A stretch of 64,000 bases of DNA from an uncultured Chlorobiaceae bacterium (GTDB taxonomy: Bacteria; Bacteroidota; Ignavibacteria; UBA10030; SZUA-254), in the NCBI GenBank assembly GCA_964471945.1, contig CAYYIJ010000002.1, positions 10,481 to 74,480 of the forward strand, given 5' to 3'. The position numbers and the translations under genes were made by a program. Positions within the stretch are counted from its first letter, which is position 1. Every line of letters starts with the position of its first letter. Positions 34,304-44,876 of this stretch are shown here, in pieces. The notes below the pieces were generated by a model that worked only from the letters and a program-made list of their open reading frames with translations, was not told where the DNA came from and did not search any database.

Positions 34304-36124
34304 TTACGGTTTTACCATGTAGAACTCGTAGCTTCCGCTTCCGCTGTAGCTGTATATTCTCCACCTGTAATATCCGGCTGTACCATTGTAGGAAATGTTC
34401 TCGTTGGAGGTACTGCTCAACGAGCTTGCAACGTTACTCCAGGTTAAACCATTCCACTTCTGGAGATAGAGATCAAAATCCGCATTTATAGGACCTCGCA
34501 AGCATCCTTGATGCGTTCCACTTACGCTACTGTAATAATATGTGCCGTTGGGTTGAATCTGCGATGCACCTGTACCTGAGAGTGAGCCAGTGTACAGTGT
34601 ACCGGGGCATGGTGCAGTCGAGGTAGTGGTAAAGCTCCACACAGATGACCATGCACTCGTTCCAGCAGTATTACTTGCGTTAACCCGCCAGTAATATAGT
34701 GTACCATTAGCAAGTCCCGTAACCGCTTGAGATGTTGAGGTAATTCCACTCTGGTCGAATACGGTTGTTGAGAATGCTGAGCTTGTAGATACCTGCAGGC
34801 GATACGATGTTGCACCGCTAGAAGCATTCCAGCTAAGCGTTGGACTTGTTGAAACACCGGTTGCACCATTTGCCGGGGAAGAAAGTGTCGGCGCTGATGG
34901 TGGTGTCGGCGTTACTCCAAACAACGAGTAGAGCAGCTTATTAGGTGTTCCCGTAGGAACGCTTGTGATTTTATTCAGTGTTGCATTGTTAACAATTGCA
35001 CTTGCAACTGTAGCCGGTGTTGAGCCGGGATATTGATGCAAGTACAATGCTGCTACTCCAGCCACATGCGGTGATGCCATCGAAGTACCGGAGATGGTAT
35101 TCGTTGCTGTGGTGGAAGTGTGCCATGCAGACTTGATGCTTGAACCCGGAGCGAGTATGTCGACACATGAACCGTAATTCGAATAAGAAGTTGCAAAAGC
35201 ATCTGTACTTGTTGTTGCTGCAACTGTGATAGCTTCAGGAACACGAGCGGGCGAATAGTTGCACGCATTCGCATACGAATTCCCCGCCGCAATTGCATAC
35301 GTGATTCCATCTGCGATTGATCGCTTAACCGCATCATCCAAAGTTGTTGATGCACCTCCGCCCAACGACATATTTGCAACTGCATTGTTGGTTGTATGAT
35401 GACCAGTAACCCAATCTACACCAGCAATAACACCTGTTGTGGTACCATTTCCGCTATTATCAAGCACACGCACAGCATAAAGTTTTACTGCCTTAGCTAC
35501 ACCATAAATTGTACCGCCTACCGTCCCTGCAACGTGTGTACCGTGACCATTACCGTCTGTGCCAGTACCTCCGAATGCATCGTAACCAAATACAGCACGT
35601 CCACCGAATTCAGTGTGGTCAAACTTTATTCCAGTATCGATAACATATACATCAATACCAGAACCGGTATAATTATAGTTGTATTTTGTATCAAGCGGTA
35701 AACTCGCTTGATCGATACGATCTATGCCCCAAGTTGCATTGTCCTGCGTAACCGATATACGCATCACTTGATCTTCTTCGATATAAGCGATGCGCGGATT
35801 GTTTAAAAGTCCTCGGATGGCAGCTTCAGGAACTTTGATGGCAAATCCTTTCAATGCATGTTGGTAAATATAGTTTGCTTTTCCACCAATTTGTTTAGCA
35901 AGTTTATCAGTTTCTCCTGCTACATCAGTTACATCTTCTTTAAACACCACGATGTAAGAATTAGGGATACGTCCCTCATCCGGTGCCTTGAAAAACTGGA
36001 TAGACTGTTGTTCGAGAGCGGTCTGCGGTGGAGTAACCATAGGTGTCTCTTCATTACAGCCGCCGATTGCCATAAGAAACAGAATGACAATGTATGCAAG
36101 AATATGGACTCTTTGCATAAGCAA
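34304..36124 (-). CDS. Secreted subtilisin-like serine protease (peptidase S8) with an I9 propeptide, Fn3-like and PPC (pre-peptidase C-terminal) domains.
   Basis: Catalytic-triad motifs VIDTGI (Asp), HGTHVAGT (His), GTSMASPHVAG (Ser); lipoprotein-type signal peptide. The GC content is noticeably higher than neighbouring genes. Confidence 0.85.
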   Translation of the reverse strand: MLMQRVHILAYIVILFLMAIGGCNEETPMVTPPQTALEQQSIQFFKAPDEGRIPNSYIVVFKEDVTDVAGETDKLAKQIGGKANYIYQHALKGFAIKVPEAAIRGLLNNPRIAYIEEDQVMRISVTQDNATWGIDRIDQASLPLDTKYNYNYTGSGIDVYVIDTGIKFDHTEFGGRAVFGYDAFGGTGTDGNGHGTHVAGTVGGTIYGVAKAVKLYAVRVLDNSGNGTTTGVIAGVDWVTGHHTTNNAVANMSLGGGASTTLDDAVKRSIADGITYAIAAGNSYANACNYSPARVPEAITVAATTSTDAFATSYSNYGSCVDILAPGSSIKSAWHTSTTATNTISGTSMASPHVAGVAALYLHQYPGSTPATVASAIVNNATLNKITSVPTGTPNKLLYSLFGVTPTPPSAPTLSSPANGATGVSTSPTLSWNASSGATSYRLQVSTSSAFSTTVFDQSGITSTSQAVTGLANGTLYYWRVNASNTAGTSAWSSVWSFTTTSTAPCPGTLYTGSLSGTGASQIQPNGTYYYSSVSGTHQGCLRGPINADFDLYLQKWNGLTWSNVASSLSSTSNENISYNGTAGYYRWRIYSYSGSGSYEFYMVKP

Positions 36125-36420
36125 TTCTCCTTATTTTGGTTTTTGATGATAGTGATTTAGATGGATAATTGTAAGTAATTTTTTTGACAAAGTCAACTTT
36201 ATTTGCTTTAACATTTAATTCTGCTGCCAAAGAAAGAAATTGATTGGGTCTTACTGTGGTAGCGCTAAATCCGTCCTTGAAAACAATAATTAATTCTTTC
36301 TGATCGACATGAAATGTATCAATTCCGACAACCGATCTGGCTCGCATGGTAAGTGAAGGAATAACACGTCCGTATCGTCTTTACGAATCTTTTGCAGACC
36401 ATAGTTTATCTGCGTTATAA

Positions 36421-37953
36421 TCAACTATCCTGTGAATGCTCACTTACTCTAAGCAATTTTTTCAGGTAATCGTGCCACTTCATATATGCTTCGAGATACG
36501 TTTCTCTTTTCTTGGGGTTCGGTTCGATCACTTTCACGGGAGACAATCCAATGAATGCATCTTCCACTGACTCATAAATTCCCACACCAATGCCGGCACC
36601 ACGGGCAGCTCCTTGAGCAGCATCAGTGTTATAGAGTGTTACAGGTACATTCGTTACAGTTGAAAGTGCCTCACAGAAAATTGGATTCAGGAACATACCC
36701 GAGTTGCTCGCTTTTATTGCTCGAACTTCTAACTTCATCCCGGATATAATTTCCAATCCGTGTTTAAACGCAAAAGCAATTCCTTCCTGCGCCGCCCGAA
36801 GAATATGTGCCTTACTATGAATTGTGAAATCTAAATTACATACTGCCGCTCCTATGTTTTTGTTATTTAACACTCGTTCAGCTCCGAGTCCATAGGGGAG
36901 AATAACGAGCCCTTCTGAGCCAGCCGAAATTAACTCGGCGAGTTTGTTCATCTGCGAGTATGTAAGCGTATCATTTCCAAACGTAACAACATTCCGCTTG
37001 AGCCAGCTATTAATCATGCTTCCACAATTAATAATGAGGCGTATCCCATATCTCGGTTTGCTTTTTGTGTGATTAACATGCAGGAATGTATTCATACGAG
37101 ATTGAGAATCGGCAACGGCTTTTTCGGTTACACCGAAGATAACGCCGGTAGTGTCTGCCGACACCGCAGCTTCACCTTGCCTCAGAACGTTAAGGGAGAA
37201 TGAACTGTTTTGCTGATCGCCTGCACGATATGTAACTTTAGTCCTCGGTTTCAGTCCTAACTCAGTAGCTGCTTTTTCTGTGAGAACTCCTTGATCGTAA
37301 AAATTTGGAACCACCCGAGGAATCAATTCCTGAGAGATTCCGAAATGACGCAGTACAAAATCAGCAATTTTGTCTTCCAAATAATTCCATAAAATCATCT
37401 CCGATAACCCTGTTGGCGTTGTAAGGATTTCACCTGTCATTATCATCGCGATATAATCACCTGGCAACATCGCCTTATAAATATGTTGGTAGATATCGGG
37501 CTCGCGATCCATAACCCATTTTAATTTCGATGCAGTGAAGTTGTTTAGAGAATTAAGCAAACGATGGAAACAGGTTTGTTCACCAAGCGAATTTAATGCC
37601 CTCTCACCGATATCAGCCGCACGGGTGTCGCACCAGATAATTGCAGGCCTTAGCGCTCTATTGTTTTTATCAACGATTACCAGTCCGTGCATTTGGTATG
37701 ATATACCGATGGCACGGACATCGTGCAGATCAACACCTGATTTTTCTTTAAGAATCGCAGTTACCTTCTTCACATTATCCCACCACAAAGATGGGTTCTG
37801 CTCAAACCAATCAGGTTTTGGAGAGAGTATTTCCATTTTTTGCTCGGGTGAACTCGCAGAGGCAATCACTACCCCAAATGCAGAATCGATAAGTGATGCT
37901 CTTATAAATGAGCTTCCTATATCATAACCGAGTAAATACCCCTCATTTGCCAT
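36421..37953 (-). CDS. FGGY-family carbohydrate kinase (xylulokinase-like).
   Basis: N-terminal GYDIGSSFIRASL and the FGGY_N/FGGY_C arrangement; 510 aa. Confidence 0.8.
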   Translation of the reverse strand: MANEGYLLGYDIGSSFIRASLIDSAFGVVIASASSPEQKMEILSPKPDWFEQNPSLWWDNVKKVTAILKEKSGVDLHDVRAIGISYQMHGLVIVDKNNRALRPAIIWCDTRAADIGERALNSLGEQTCFHRLLNSLNNFTASKLKWVMDREPDIYQHIYKAMLPGDYIAMIMTGEILTTPTGLSEMILWNYLEDKIADFVLRHFGISQELIPRVVPNFYDQGVLTEKAATELGLKPRTKVTYRAGDQQNSSFSLNVLRQGEAAVSADTTGVIFGVTEKAVADSQSRMNTFLHVNHTKSKPRYGIRLIINCGSMINSWLKRNVVTFGNDTLTYSQMNKLAELISAGSEGLVILPYGLGAERVLNNKNIGAAVCNLDFTIHSKAHILRAAQEGIAFAFKHGLEIISGMKLEVRAIKASNSGMFLNPIFCEALSTVTNVPVTLYNTDAAQGAARGAGIGVGIYESVEDAFIGLSPVKVIEPNPKKRETYLEAYMKWHDYLKKLLRVSEHSQDS

Positions 37954-38551
37954 AGTTTAGAATATATTTTTTATAATCGTCAGGTGAATCGACGTTGATG
38001 AAAATCCCTTCGTCTTTAACATCAACTTCTTGAATGTCCTGCTCATGACTTCGCACAACCGCTCTCGCACCAATATCAAGCGGAGCGTTTCGAATTTCAT
38101 TAAAAAGTGTTCTATCGAAGATAACTGGGTGTCCGCGTTGTCCTTGATATGTTGGAATAATAATTCTTTTCTTCGATAGCCAATACCCTTGAAGCAGATT
38201 AACCAATAGCGATTGCGTAAGAAGAGGGTGATCCACGGGACAGATCATTGCACCGTGGATTTCTTCTGGATCGGTCTTAGCCATATCTAAATTATTTAGT
38301 CCGGCGATTGTTGATGTAAGCTGCCCTTTCTGCCAATTATCGTTAATAACAACTTTACCCTCGAACCATGTTAATGTTTTTTGAATCTCTTTCGCTTCAG
38401 CACCGAGGACTATAACAACATCTATTATCCGCGCTGAGTGAAGGACTTCAACAATATGTTGGAGAAACGTTTTCCCTCCGATTTTCAGGAGAGCTTTTGG
38501 TGTACCCATGCGTTGGGAAGAACCGCCAGCGAGTATTATTCCAGAGATCAT
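37943..38551 (-). CDS. MobA-like NTP transferase (MocA-type molybdenum cofactor cytidylyltransferase).
   Basis: N-terminal IILAGGSSQRMG..K motif. Confidence 0.7.
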   Translation of the reverse strand: MISGIILAGGSSQRMGTPKALLKIGGKTFLQHIVEVLHSARIIDVVIVLGAEAKEIQKTLTWFEGKVVINDNWQKGQLTSTIAGLNNLDMAKTDPEEIHGAMICPVDHPLLTQSLLVNLLQGYWLSKKRIIIPTYQGQRGHPVIFDRTLFNEIRNAPLDIGARAVVRSHEQDIQEVDVKDEGIFINVDSPDDYKKYILNYGK

Positions 38552-39642
38552 AGTGATGTAATTCTTTTTCTCATTTGACGCAGGGGTTGGTTTTCATCAT
38601 GACGTACATGAATCAATTCAGCAACTATGCTAATGGCAATCTCCTCAGCTGTTACCGCACCAATGTCAATGCCTATCGGTGCATGAACACGCTTGAGTTG
38701 TTCATCTGTAACTCCATGCTCACGGAGATGCTCGTATGTTGTCAGTACTTTCCGTTTACTCCCAATCATGCCGATATACTTCGCGGTTGTTTTCACAGCT
38801 TGTTCCAGTACGATCTCATCGTATTTATGTCCACGGGTTACAATAACAATGTATGTTGATTGGTTAATCGTTAAATGGTTAATTGCGTTTGCATAATCAA
38901 GCACAATTGTCTTAGTTGCTTCAGGAAAACGCTGAGAGTTTGCATACTTCTCTCTATCGTCAACAACCGTTACGCGGAAGCCAGCAATCGCAGCAGTTTT
39001 GGAAACGAACTTTGAAATATGTCCACCGCCAAAGATGATAAGACTCGGAGTACCTGTAATCGGTTCAAATATCAATTCTCCGAATGGTAGTTCAATGAGT
39101 TGGGTTTCTTGTCTGTGATGCGCTTTCTTTAATAATTCTTCCAAATCTTTTGTCAGATGAGGAATCCTGCTCGTCAGAGGTATTGCCGAGCATGAAGAAC
39201 GGGAGATAAGCTGTTTCCACTCGATTTTCCCTTCCCCTGAAAGTAAACTTGCAAGCACACAATCTTCTCCTGCATCACGAAGTACTTTCAATTCCTGATA
39301 CAGTGATTGATGCGTTTTCGAAATGGGCTCAATCAACACATCGAGACTTCCACCACAAATCAATCCGCTATCCCCGCCGTAGGCGGGTTCTAGATCATCT
39401 TCATTCAAATTGAATGTCATCACTTCCACGCTACCGGTTTGATATAAACGATTAGCATGAAGTATGACATCTCCTTCCATACACCCACCACCAATTGTTC
39501 CTATAGATTTCGTTCCACCGTTTGTAATGAGCATTTTTGAAAGGGCGGAAGCAGGCGTTGAGCCGGAAGTTGATATGATGGTTGCGAGCATGATGCGGTC
39601 TTCATGCTGGAGTGCAGAGATTATTTCTTGGTAAATATCCAT
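38548..39642 (-). CDS. XdhC/CoxI-family molybdoenzyme maturation factor.
   Basis: XdhC N-terminal domain plus XdhC Rossmann domain (IIFGGGHISK). Confidence 0.75.
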   Translation of the reverse strand: MDIYQEIISALQHEDRIMLATIISTSGSTPASALSKMLITNGGTKSIGTIGGGCMEGDVILHANRLYQTGSVEVMTFNLNEDDLEPAYGGDSGLICGGSLDVLIEPISKTHQSLYQELKVLRDAGEDCVLASLLSGEGKIEWKQLISRSSCSAIPLTSRIPHLTKDLEELLKKAHHRQETQLIELPFGELIFEPITGTPSLIIFGGGHISKFVSKTAAIAGFRVTVVDDREKYANSQRFPEATKTIVLDYANAINHLTINQSTYIVIVTRGHKYDEIVLEQAVKTTAKYIGMIGSKRKVLTTYEHLREHGVTDEQLKRVHAPIGIDIGAVTAEEIAISIVAELIHVRHDENQPLRQMRKRITSL

Positions 39643-39874
39643 TATAGTTGATGATGGAGGATTGATGATTCTGAATTCAATTTTTCAAGATTATAAAATA
39701 TAGCGTGTTGGAATGTGAAGTGCAAACGAAAAAATGGAATAAGTGAAAGAACCGATATATGATTTTGCGATCCGAGGATTTATTTCGTATAAGTTTTATG
39801 CTACAGCGGTAGTATTTCGATTTGCGTTAGTAACGTATATGGCCCTAACTGACTTTTTAATGCATGATTAGGGA

Positions 39875-42742
39875 TTATGGCGCCTGCAAAATTAGCTCCC
39901 CGTTCCGTTTCACTTTCACCCAACAACCCCTTCCTGATAAAAGTGTATCTGTTTGAATATAAGTATCATCGTACATAAAAAATTTTGAGCCAACGATATC
40001 AGACGGAACTTGTATAATTGAATTTACAGCAACTGACTTAGTTAATGCGCCAATCATATTCCATCCGGCAACGACGTCAATTGTATCGTTTGTGAAAGAA
40101 TCGCCTGCTAATTCAATGTTTTGAGTTGTTATAAATTTCAGCCAATAACCTTTTCCGTTCTCAAGTGCTTCCGTAATAACATAGCTGCCATTGTAAGCAA
40201 ATGCCTCCGATATCGCAGTTGGATAAAGAATGTTTTTGCTGTAATCATCAACGACCAACGGAACAGAAATCAGGTTCCATCCCTCATTGTACGTTGTTGC
40301 AATGTTTACCGCACCGGGAGTAAATTCGTCGGCTCCAATATCTGGGGTTGTTGGATTACGCGTCATTCCATCTATGTCGGATGCGATTCCTGCAATCGGT
40401 GTGCCCGCAGCATTCACAGGCGATGTAACAGCCGTCTGAATATGTAAGTTACCGCTGCTTGGTGATACAAACAACGGATCTGCACTTATACTCGCTGCGT
40501 CCTGTGTAGGAAAAAACGATGCTCGCCAATTAACTATCGTTATTCTATTTCCTGAGTTATATCCAACTACACCCTGTGAAGTAGGTGCAAACAGATCGTT
40601 ATTATTAGATGTAAAATCAGCCGGCACCGACGAAAGATAGATACAGTAAGCTTTATTATCAGTTGATGTTCCAATAAGATTTGTTTGGTTATAAACGATA
40701 TTATTCTTCATTACAATATTTGATCCGCCGTGTAATTCGAATCCTGATGTACGGCTTGAAGCAGAGGTTGAGTTATCGGTTCCCTCAAGATATATCGAAT
40801 TAAAGTAATAACGATCACCGCTGTTTGCAATATCATTGCTGTAAATGCCCCGTGAATAATTCACATTGCTTCCAGCACCTGAGGACAAAATACTATAAAT
40901 GAAATTGTTAAATACCAATGCGTTCGATCCAGTACCTGCGCTATTTTCAATACCGCACGCCCAGTAATAATTGACTTGATTCTTGATATTACCAATTATA
41001 TTACCACTTACTTTCGCATTTATTGTGCCTTCTGACAACCAAATGCCCCATAAATCGTTATTTCCGCTTTTCTGAGTCCAATCGTGGATGAAATTATTTT
41101 CAATCATAGGACCTAACTGCCATCGCGTGACAATTGCAGCCATTCCATGTTTGGTGAACTCGCAGTTTGATATACGATTACCTGCGTCTTTATATGTCGA
41201 GCTGTATCCATATAATAAAATACCATAACAGCCCTCCGCACTCGAAAGAGAATCTGCCCCCGTGCGTACATTTATATTTTTAACAACATTGCTGTCTGCG
41301 AACGATTCGTCAATACCAGATATAAAAACACCAATCTTCCCATTCGTACCTAGAGCATTGATGGTCATATTTCGATTGTTCATGCCCGTATTCGAGCCAT
41401 TAATCGTTACTTTTGATGTTCCATAAATCGCAATTCCGAATGGCTCTATTGATGTGGAATTAATGTTCACGATGGGTGATATTCCCGCAGAGGGTTTAAT
41501 AATAATACGGCGAATTAAGTTATAGGTGTAGTCAAGCGGACCAATTGTAAGAGGCGGTTCGCTATATGTAGAGTTGATAAGTGATAATGTAATATCGTTC
41601 GAGATAATATTATGATTTAATGTATCAATTGCTTTTTTAAGTGTTGGAATATTTCCACCGCTTCCTACAGTAAATGTACCCGAAACCAGAACGGCACCAT
41701 AAAAGCTTGACGCCAAAGAGTCGTTACCGCTATTTTGATCGTCGCTGAGGAATGAATATGCAACCATTGAATATTGACCCCCAATCATCGGCGTGTAAGG
41801 GCTGAACTCCACCAGCGCCGTTTGTTCAACATTCAATGATGATATTATTTGGTTATCCTCATAAACGGTCCCAGATGGTGGTATGATTCGAAACCGTACC
41901 GGAATGTTTGCCTGAGCATTTGCTCCTGCATTTTGAAATGTAACAAGTGGGTCAATTGATTCACCCAACAACACCTTGCTGCCGTTGAATGGATAATCAA
42001 TAGAAATAACAGCTATGTCATTAGGAACCTTAGGTCGGACGACCTGGACGAGATCAATTCCAACATAATCAGAACTGAGTCCTGATAATCCACCATTATA
42101 GATAAGGTAACGGAACGCAATATAAATATTGCTTCCACTTGGAACAAAATTATTTAGTGGATAGCGCTTTTCCCCCCAGCCATTTGTAGATGTTTTAAAA
42201 TAATCAACCAAAACCGTGAAAGAAGAAAGTTCTGTGTCGGTCGTTGAAATACGAACTTCGATTGAATCATCCCAAGCGGAAAAATCCGGCGAGCGGTTCC
42301 AGAATGTAAGTGTATCACTTGAACTTATAGATTGAATCTGAGGTGAGATTAGCCATTCATCAATATAGAAATCGTTGGCACCCTGATAATTTGCAGCAGC
42401 ATGTCCATTGCCGCTGTATGCGGTTAAAATCGCGGTATTCCCTTGAAACCAAGGACCTGTTGTTCCCCCACCATCGGCGTTAACTGTTTTCCAACCGGTA
42501 GGAGGAAAACCTGTTACACCTTCAAAACTTTCCTGAAAGATAATAGTGGATGTCGGTAAAAGAAGTTGTTTTTGTTCTGATTGGATCGAGGACGGAATAT
42601 TAATAACAGGAATAGAGACGCTGTGCTTCGAATGAACAGTACTGGCATCACTAAGAGTTTTTCGCTTAACAACTGACTGGGGAAACAATCCTGCTGTGAG
42701 CAGAAGAAGCGTAATAATAATATTTACACTGCGGGCATTCAT
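39875..42742 (-). CDS. Large secreted protein with parallel beta-helix repeats.
   Basis: Signal peptide and a long central region of Gly/Asn/Ser-rich ~22-residue repeats characteristic of a right-handed beta-helix. No recognisable T9SS tail. Confidence 0.45.
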   Translation of the reverse strand: MNARSVNIIITLLLLTAGLFPQSVVKRKTLSDASTVHSKHSVSIPVINIPSSIQSEQKQLLLPTSTIIFQESFEGVTGFPPTGWKTVNADGGGTTGPWFQGNTAILTAYSGNGHAAANYQGANDFYIDEWLISPQIQSISSSDTLTFWNRSPDFSAWDDSIEVRISTTDTELSSFTVLVDYFKTSTNGWGEKRYPLNNFVPSGSNIYIAFRYLIYNGGLSGLSSDYVGIDLVQVVRPKVPNDIAVISIDYPFNGSKVLLGESIDPLVTFQNAGANAQANIPVRFRIIPPSGTVYEDNQIISSLNVEQTALVEFSPYTPMIGGQYSMVAYSFLSDDQNSGNDSLASSFYGAVLVSGTFTVGSGGNIPTLKKAIDTLNHNIISNDITLSLINSTYSEPPLTIGPLDYTYNLIRRIIIKPSAGISPIVNINSTSIEPFGIAIYGTSKVTINGSNTGMNNRNMTINALGTNGKIGVFISGIDESFADSNVVKNINVRTGADSLSSAEGCYGILLYGYSSTYKDAGNRISNCEFTKHGMAAIVTRWQLGPMIENNFIHDWTQKSGNNDLWGIWLSEGTINAKVSGNIIGNIKNQVNYYWACGIENSAGTGSNALVFNNFIYSILSSGAGSNVNYSRGIYSNDIANSGDRYYFNSIYLEGTDNSTSASSRTSGFELHGGSNIVMKNNIVYNQTNLIGTSTDNKAYCIYLSSVPADFTSNNNDLFAPTSQGVVGYNSGNRITIVNWRASFFPTQDAASISADPLFVSPSSGNLHIQTAVTSPVNAAGTPIAGIASDIDGMTRNPTTPDIGADEFTPGAVNIATTYNEGWNLISVPLVVDDYSKNILYPTAISEAFAYNGSYVITEALENGKGYWLKFITTQNIELAGDSFTNDTIDVVAGWNMIGALTKSVAVNSIIQVPSDIVGSKFFMYDDTYIQTDTLLSGRGCWVKVKRNGELILQAP

Positions 42743-42787
42743 TATTAATTGTACAACAATCAGATTAGAAAATCAAACATAGAAATC

Positions 42788-42826
42788 CCGTCCCTCCATA
42801 ACATAAATGGAGGAACGGGTTTTCAC
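42788..42826. terminator. Intergenic stem-loop (bidirectional terminator-like) between the T9SS cargo and beta-helix genes.
   Basis: CCCGTCCCTCCAT-N7-ATGGAGGAACGGG hairpin with T-rich flanks on both strands. Confidence 0.5.
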
Positions 42827-42855
42827 TTTCATCTAATCCACCTGAATAGAGAAAT

Positions 42856-44814
42856 TTATTTCATCATCATCATCTTTCGAACACTTGTGTAGTTTGCTTT
42901 TTCACCAAGAGCGTTCGCATTAATCTTATAGAAATAGACACCGCTGCTGAGTGTGTTTCCAGCCGCATCGAGACCATTCCAAGAAATAGAATAACTGCCA
43001 GCATTTAATTCTCGATTAACCAATGTTATAACCTGTTGACCAAGTACATTGTAAATCGATATGTTGACTTCGCTTGCTGTTGGGACGTTGAAAGAAATCT
43101 CAGTTGTTGGATTAAATGGATTTGGATAATTTTGATGTAAAGAATATTTCTGAGGAATTTCACTATCCATTTCCTTAATCACAAGTACCAAGCTTGTAGT
43201 ATATAACTCCATATCACTTGCCGTGTAGTTATTAGCGCCATCCACAACGATCGGTGAGCTTTCGGTTACACTGTAATTTTCTTTATCAACAACGAGCTTA
43301 TAGCTGCCCGGTGCTAATCCATGAATATCGAATGTTCCGTCATCTTCGGTGATATCATAGCCAACAACAGCATTCGATGCTGTAGAAACTGCATAAACAG
43401 TAACACCGTTGATCGCACTGCTTTGAGCTGATTCGCGTACGCTGCCGCTGATGCTCGCAAATCCAGCAACCAGAATTGGCTGTACACAGATGTCAATACC
43501 TGTTGTTGCCCCGGTTACCAAGAAACTATCAGCATTTACCCAGCATGTAATACCACAGCTATCTACGTCATACCATGCGGGAGCGTAGTATGCTAATGGA
43601 TATGCTTTTGCGAAATGGTAACCTGTATATATGTAGTTGAAAGAATAATTTCCCAGAGAATCCGTTATTGTGCTCCGGATTGGAAAAATACCACGAGGTG
43701 TCTTTTTAAATAAAACAACTTTTGAAAGAACTCCGTCCCCATCCAAATTCTTCACCATACCTGCAACTGAATTCTGGGCTTCAGGATTGCTCACAAGATC
43801 GAAATTAATGTTAGATGTATCGGATACTAAAAATAATCTATCGGCATCATACGGTGTACTTTTATTATTATAGAATTCGGGGATGTATCCCAATTTGGCA
43901 GCGAGGATTATATAACTTAAGCTATCAGGTACATGAGCTAAATAATTACCGTTGCTATCTGTCCTGACAACTCTCATTACCCCAAGCAGGGTTCCAAAAC
44001 CTTCCAGCATGTACATCTCACTTCGGCTTCCAAAGAGCGATCCTTCTTGATATTGCATTCTTTGAACTTGGCGATTTGACCGCATGATAACAACAAATGC
44101 TCCTTTAATTGGATCACCCGTAGCACTATCGATAACCGTACCACTCACCGCAACAAGTCTTGCGGGCGGTGGTGGTGGAATACGGGTAAGTCCGAAATTC
44201 GCAACACTTGTATCACGGGGCATGACTGAAACGGGTGTAGCATCCCGGTGATGTAATACGTTATCATACCACTCCGGAATATATGTCCACTTCGTTGCAA
44301 AAACAAGATATACTCCAGAATCGATCGGCATCGAATAATATCCATTCGAATCCGTTCTTGCTTCGCGGAAATAGACAAAGCCGTTTGGTGTAAAGAATCG
44401 CACTCTAACACCCCTAATCGGTTGTTGTGTGAAATCATCAATAATGGCTCCAGAGATGATACCCTTATTTCGCGCGGGCGGCTGACTACCGGGAATAAAT
44501 GTTACATCATTACTTGGCTCACTCTCTCCTAAATAGTTAAGTGCTGTAACGTAATATCTATAGATGTGCCCCGGGGGTACAAATTGATCAACGAACCCAG
44601 GCATTCTTGCCATTGCTATGGGAATAAATGGGAGCGCATCAAGGGCTTTATAAATTCTATATCCACTCGCTCCAGAAGATGGCTGCCAAGTTAGGTGTGC
44701 GTAATTTCCCATTGGCTCTACTGTTAAATCTGCGGGCGCAGGTGGAACGGTTTGCGCCGCGGTAAAAACAATAAAGATCAATGAGAATATTGTGAATAGT
44801 GTAACTTTATACAT
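42856..44814 (-). CDS. Secreted surface protein with Fn3 and carboxypeptidase-regulatory-like domains and a T9SS type-A C-terminal sorting domain.
   Basis: C-terminal tail matches the Por/T9SS type-A sorting-domain consensus (NYPNPFNPTTEISF...IYNVLGQQV...SGVYFYKI); AGGAGG RBS. Confidence 0.7.
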   Translation of the reverse strand: MYKVTLFTIFSLIFIVFTAAQTVPPAPADLTVEPMGNYAHLTWQPSSGASGYRIYKALDALPFIPIAMARMPGFVDQFVPPGHIYRYYVTALNYLGESEPSNDVTFIPGSQPPARNKGIISGAIIDDFTQQPIRGVRVRFFTPNGFVYFREARTDSNGYYSMPIDSGVYLVFATKWTYIPEWYDNVLHHRDATPVSVMPRDTSVANFGLTRIPPPPPARLVAVSGTVIDSATGDPIKGAFVVIMRSNRQVQRMQYQEGSLFGSRSEMYMLEGFGTLLGVMRVVRTDSNGNYLAHVPDSLSYIILAAKLGYIPEFYNNKSTPYDADRLFLVSDTSNINFDLVSNPEAQNSVAGMVKNLDGDGVLSKVVLFKKTPRGIFPIRSTITDSLGNYSFNYIYTGYHFAKAYPLAYYAPAWYDVDSCGITCWVNADSFLVTGATTGIDICVQPILVAGFASISGSVRESAQSSAINGVTVYAVSTASNAVVGYDITEDDGTFDIHGLAPGSYKLVVDKENYSVTESSPIVVDGANNYTASDMELYTTSLVLVIKEMDSEIPQKYSLHQNYPNPFNPTTEISFNVPTASEVNISIYNVLGQQVITLVNRELNAGSYSISWNGLDAAGNTLSSGVYFYKINANALGEKANYTSVRKMMMMK

Positions 44815-44876
44815 AATAACCTCCTAAGGTTATGTTATTGAATATACGGGCATATTTTTGAAAAACTTTTTCACGC

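Noticed and set aside
34522-35701. Several 100-aa ORFs on both strands within the protease gene.
   Set aside because: They are a by-product of the elevated GC content (few stop codons). All overlap the clearly conserved S8 protease frame.
36054-36347. 97-aa minus-strand ORF overlapping the protease start and the upstream spacer.
   Set aside because: It is in a different frame from the protease, which already has a proper lipoprotein signal peptide. There is no RBS or homology clue, so it is probably non-coding.
39875-42742. T9SS C-terminal sorting domain on the 955-aa beta-helix protein.
   Set aside because: The last ~100 residues do not match the type-A (NYPNPF...) or type-B tail patterns seen clearly in the neighbouring 652-aa protein. 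The secretion route is left unassigned.
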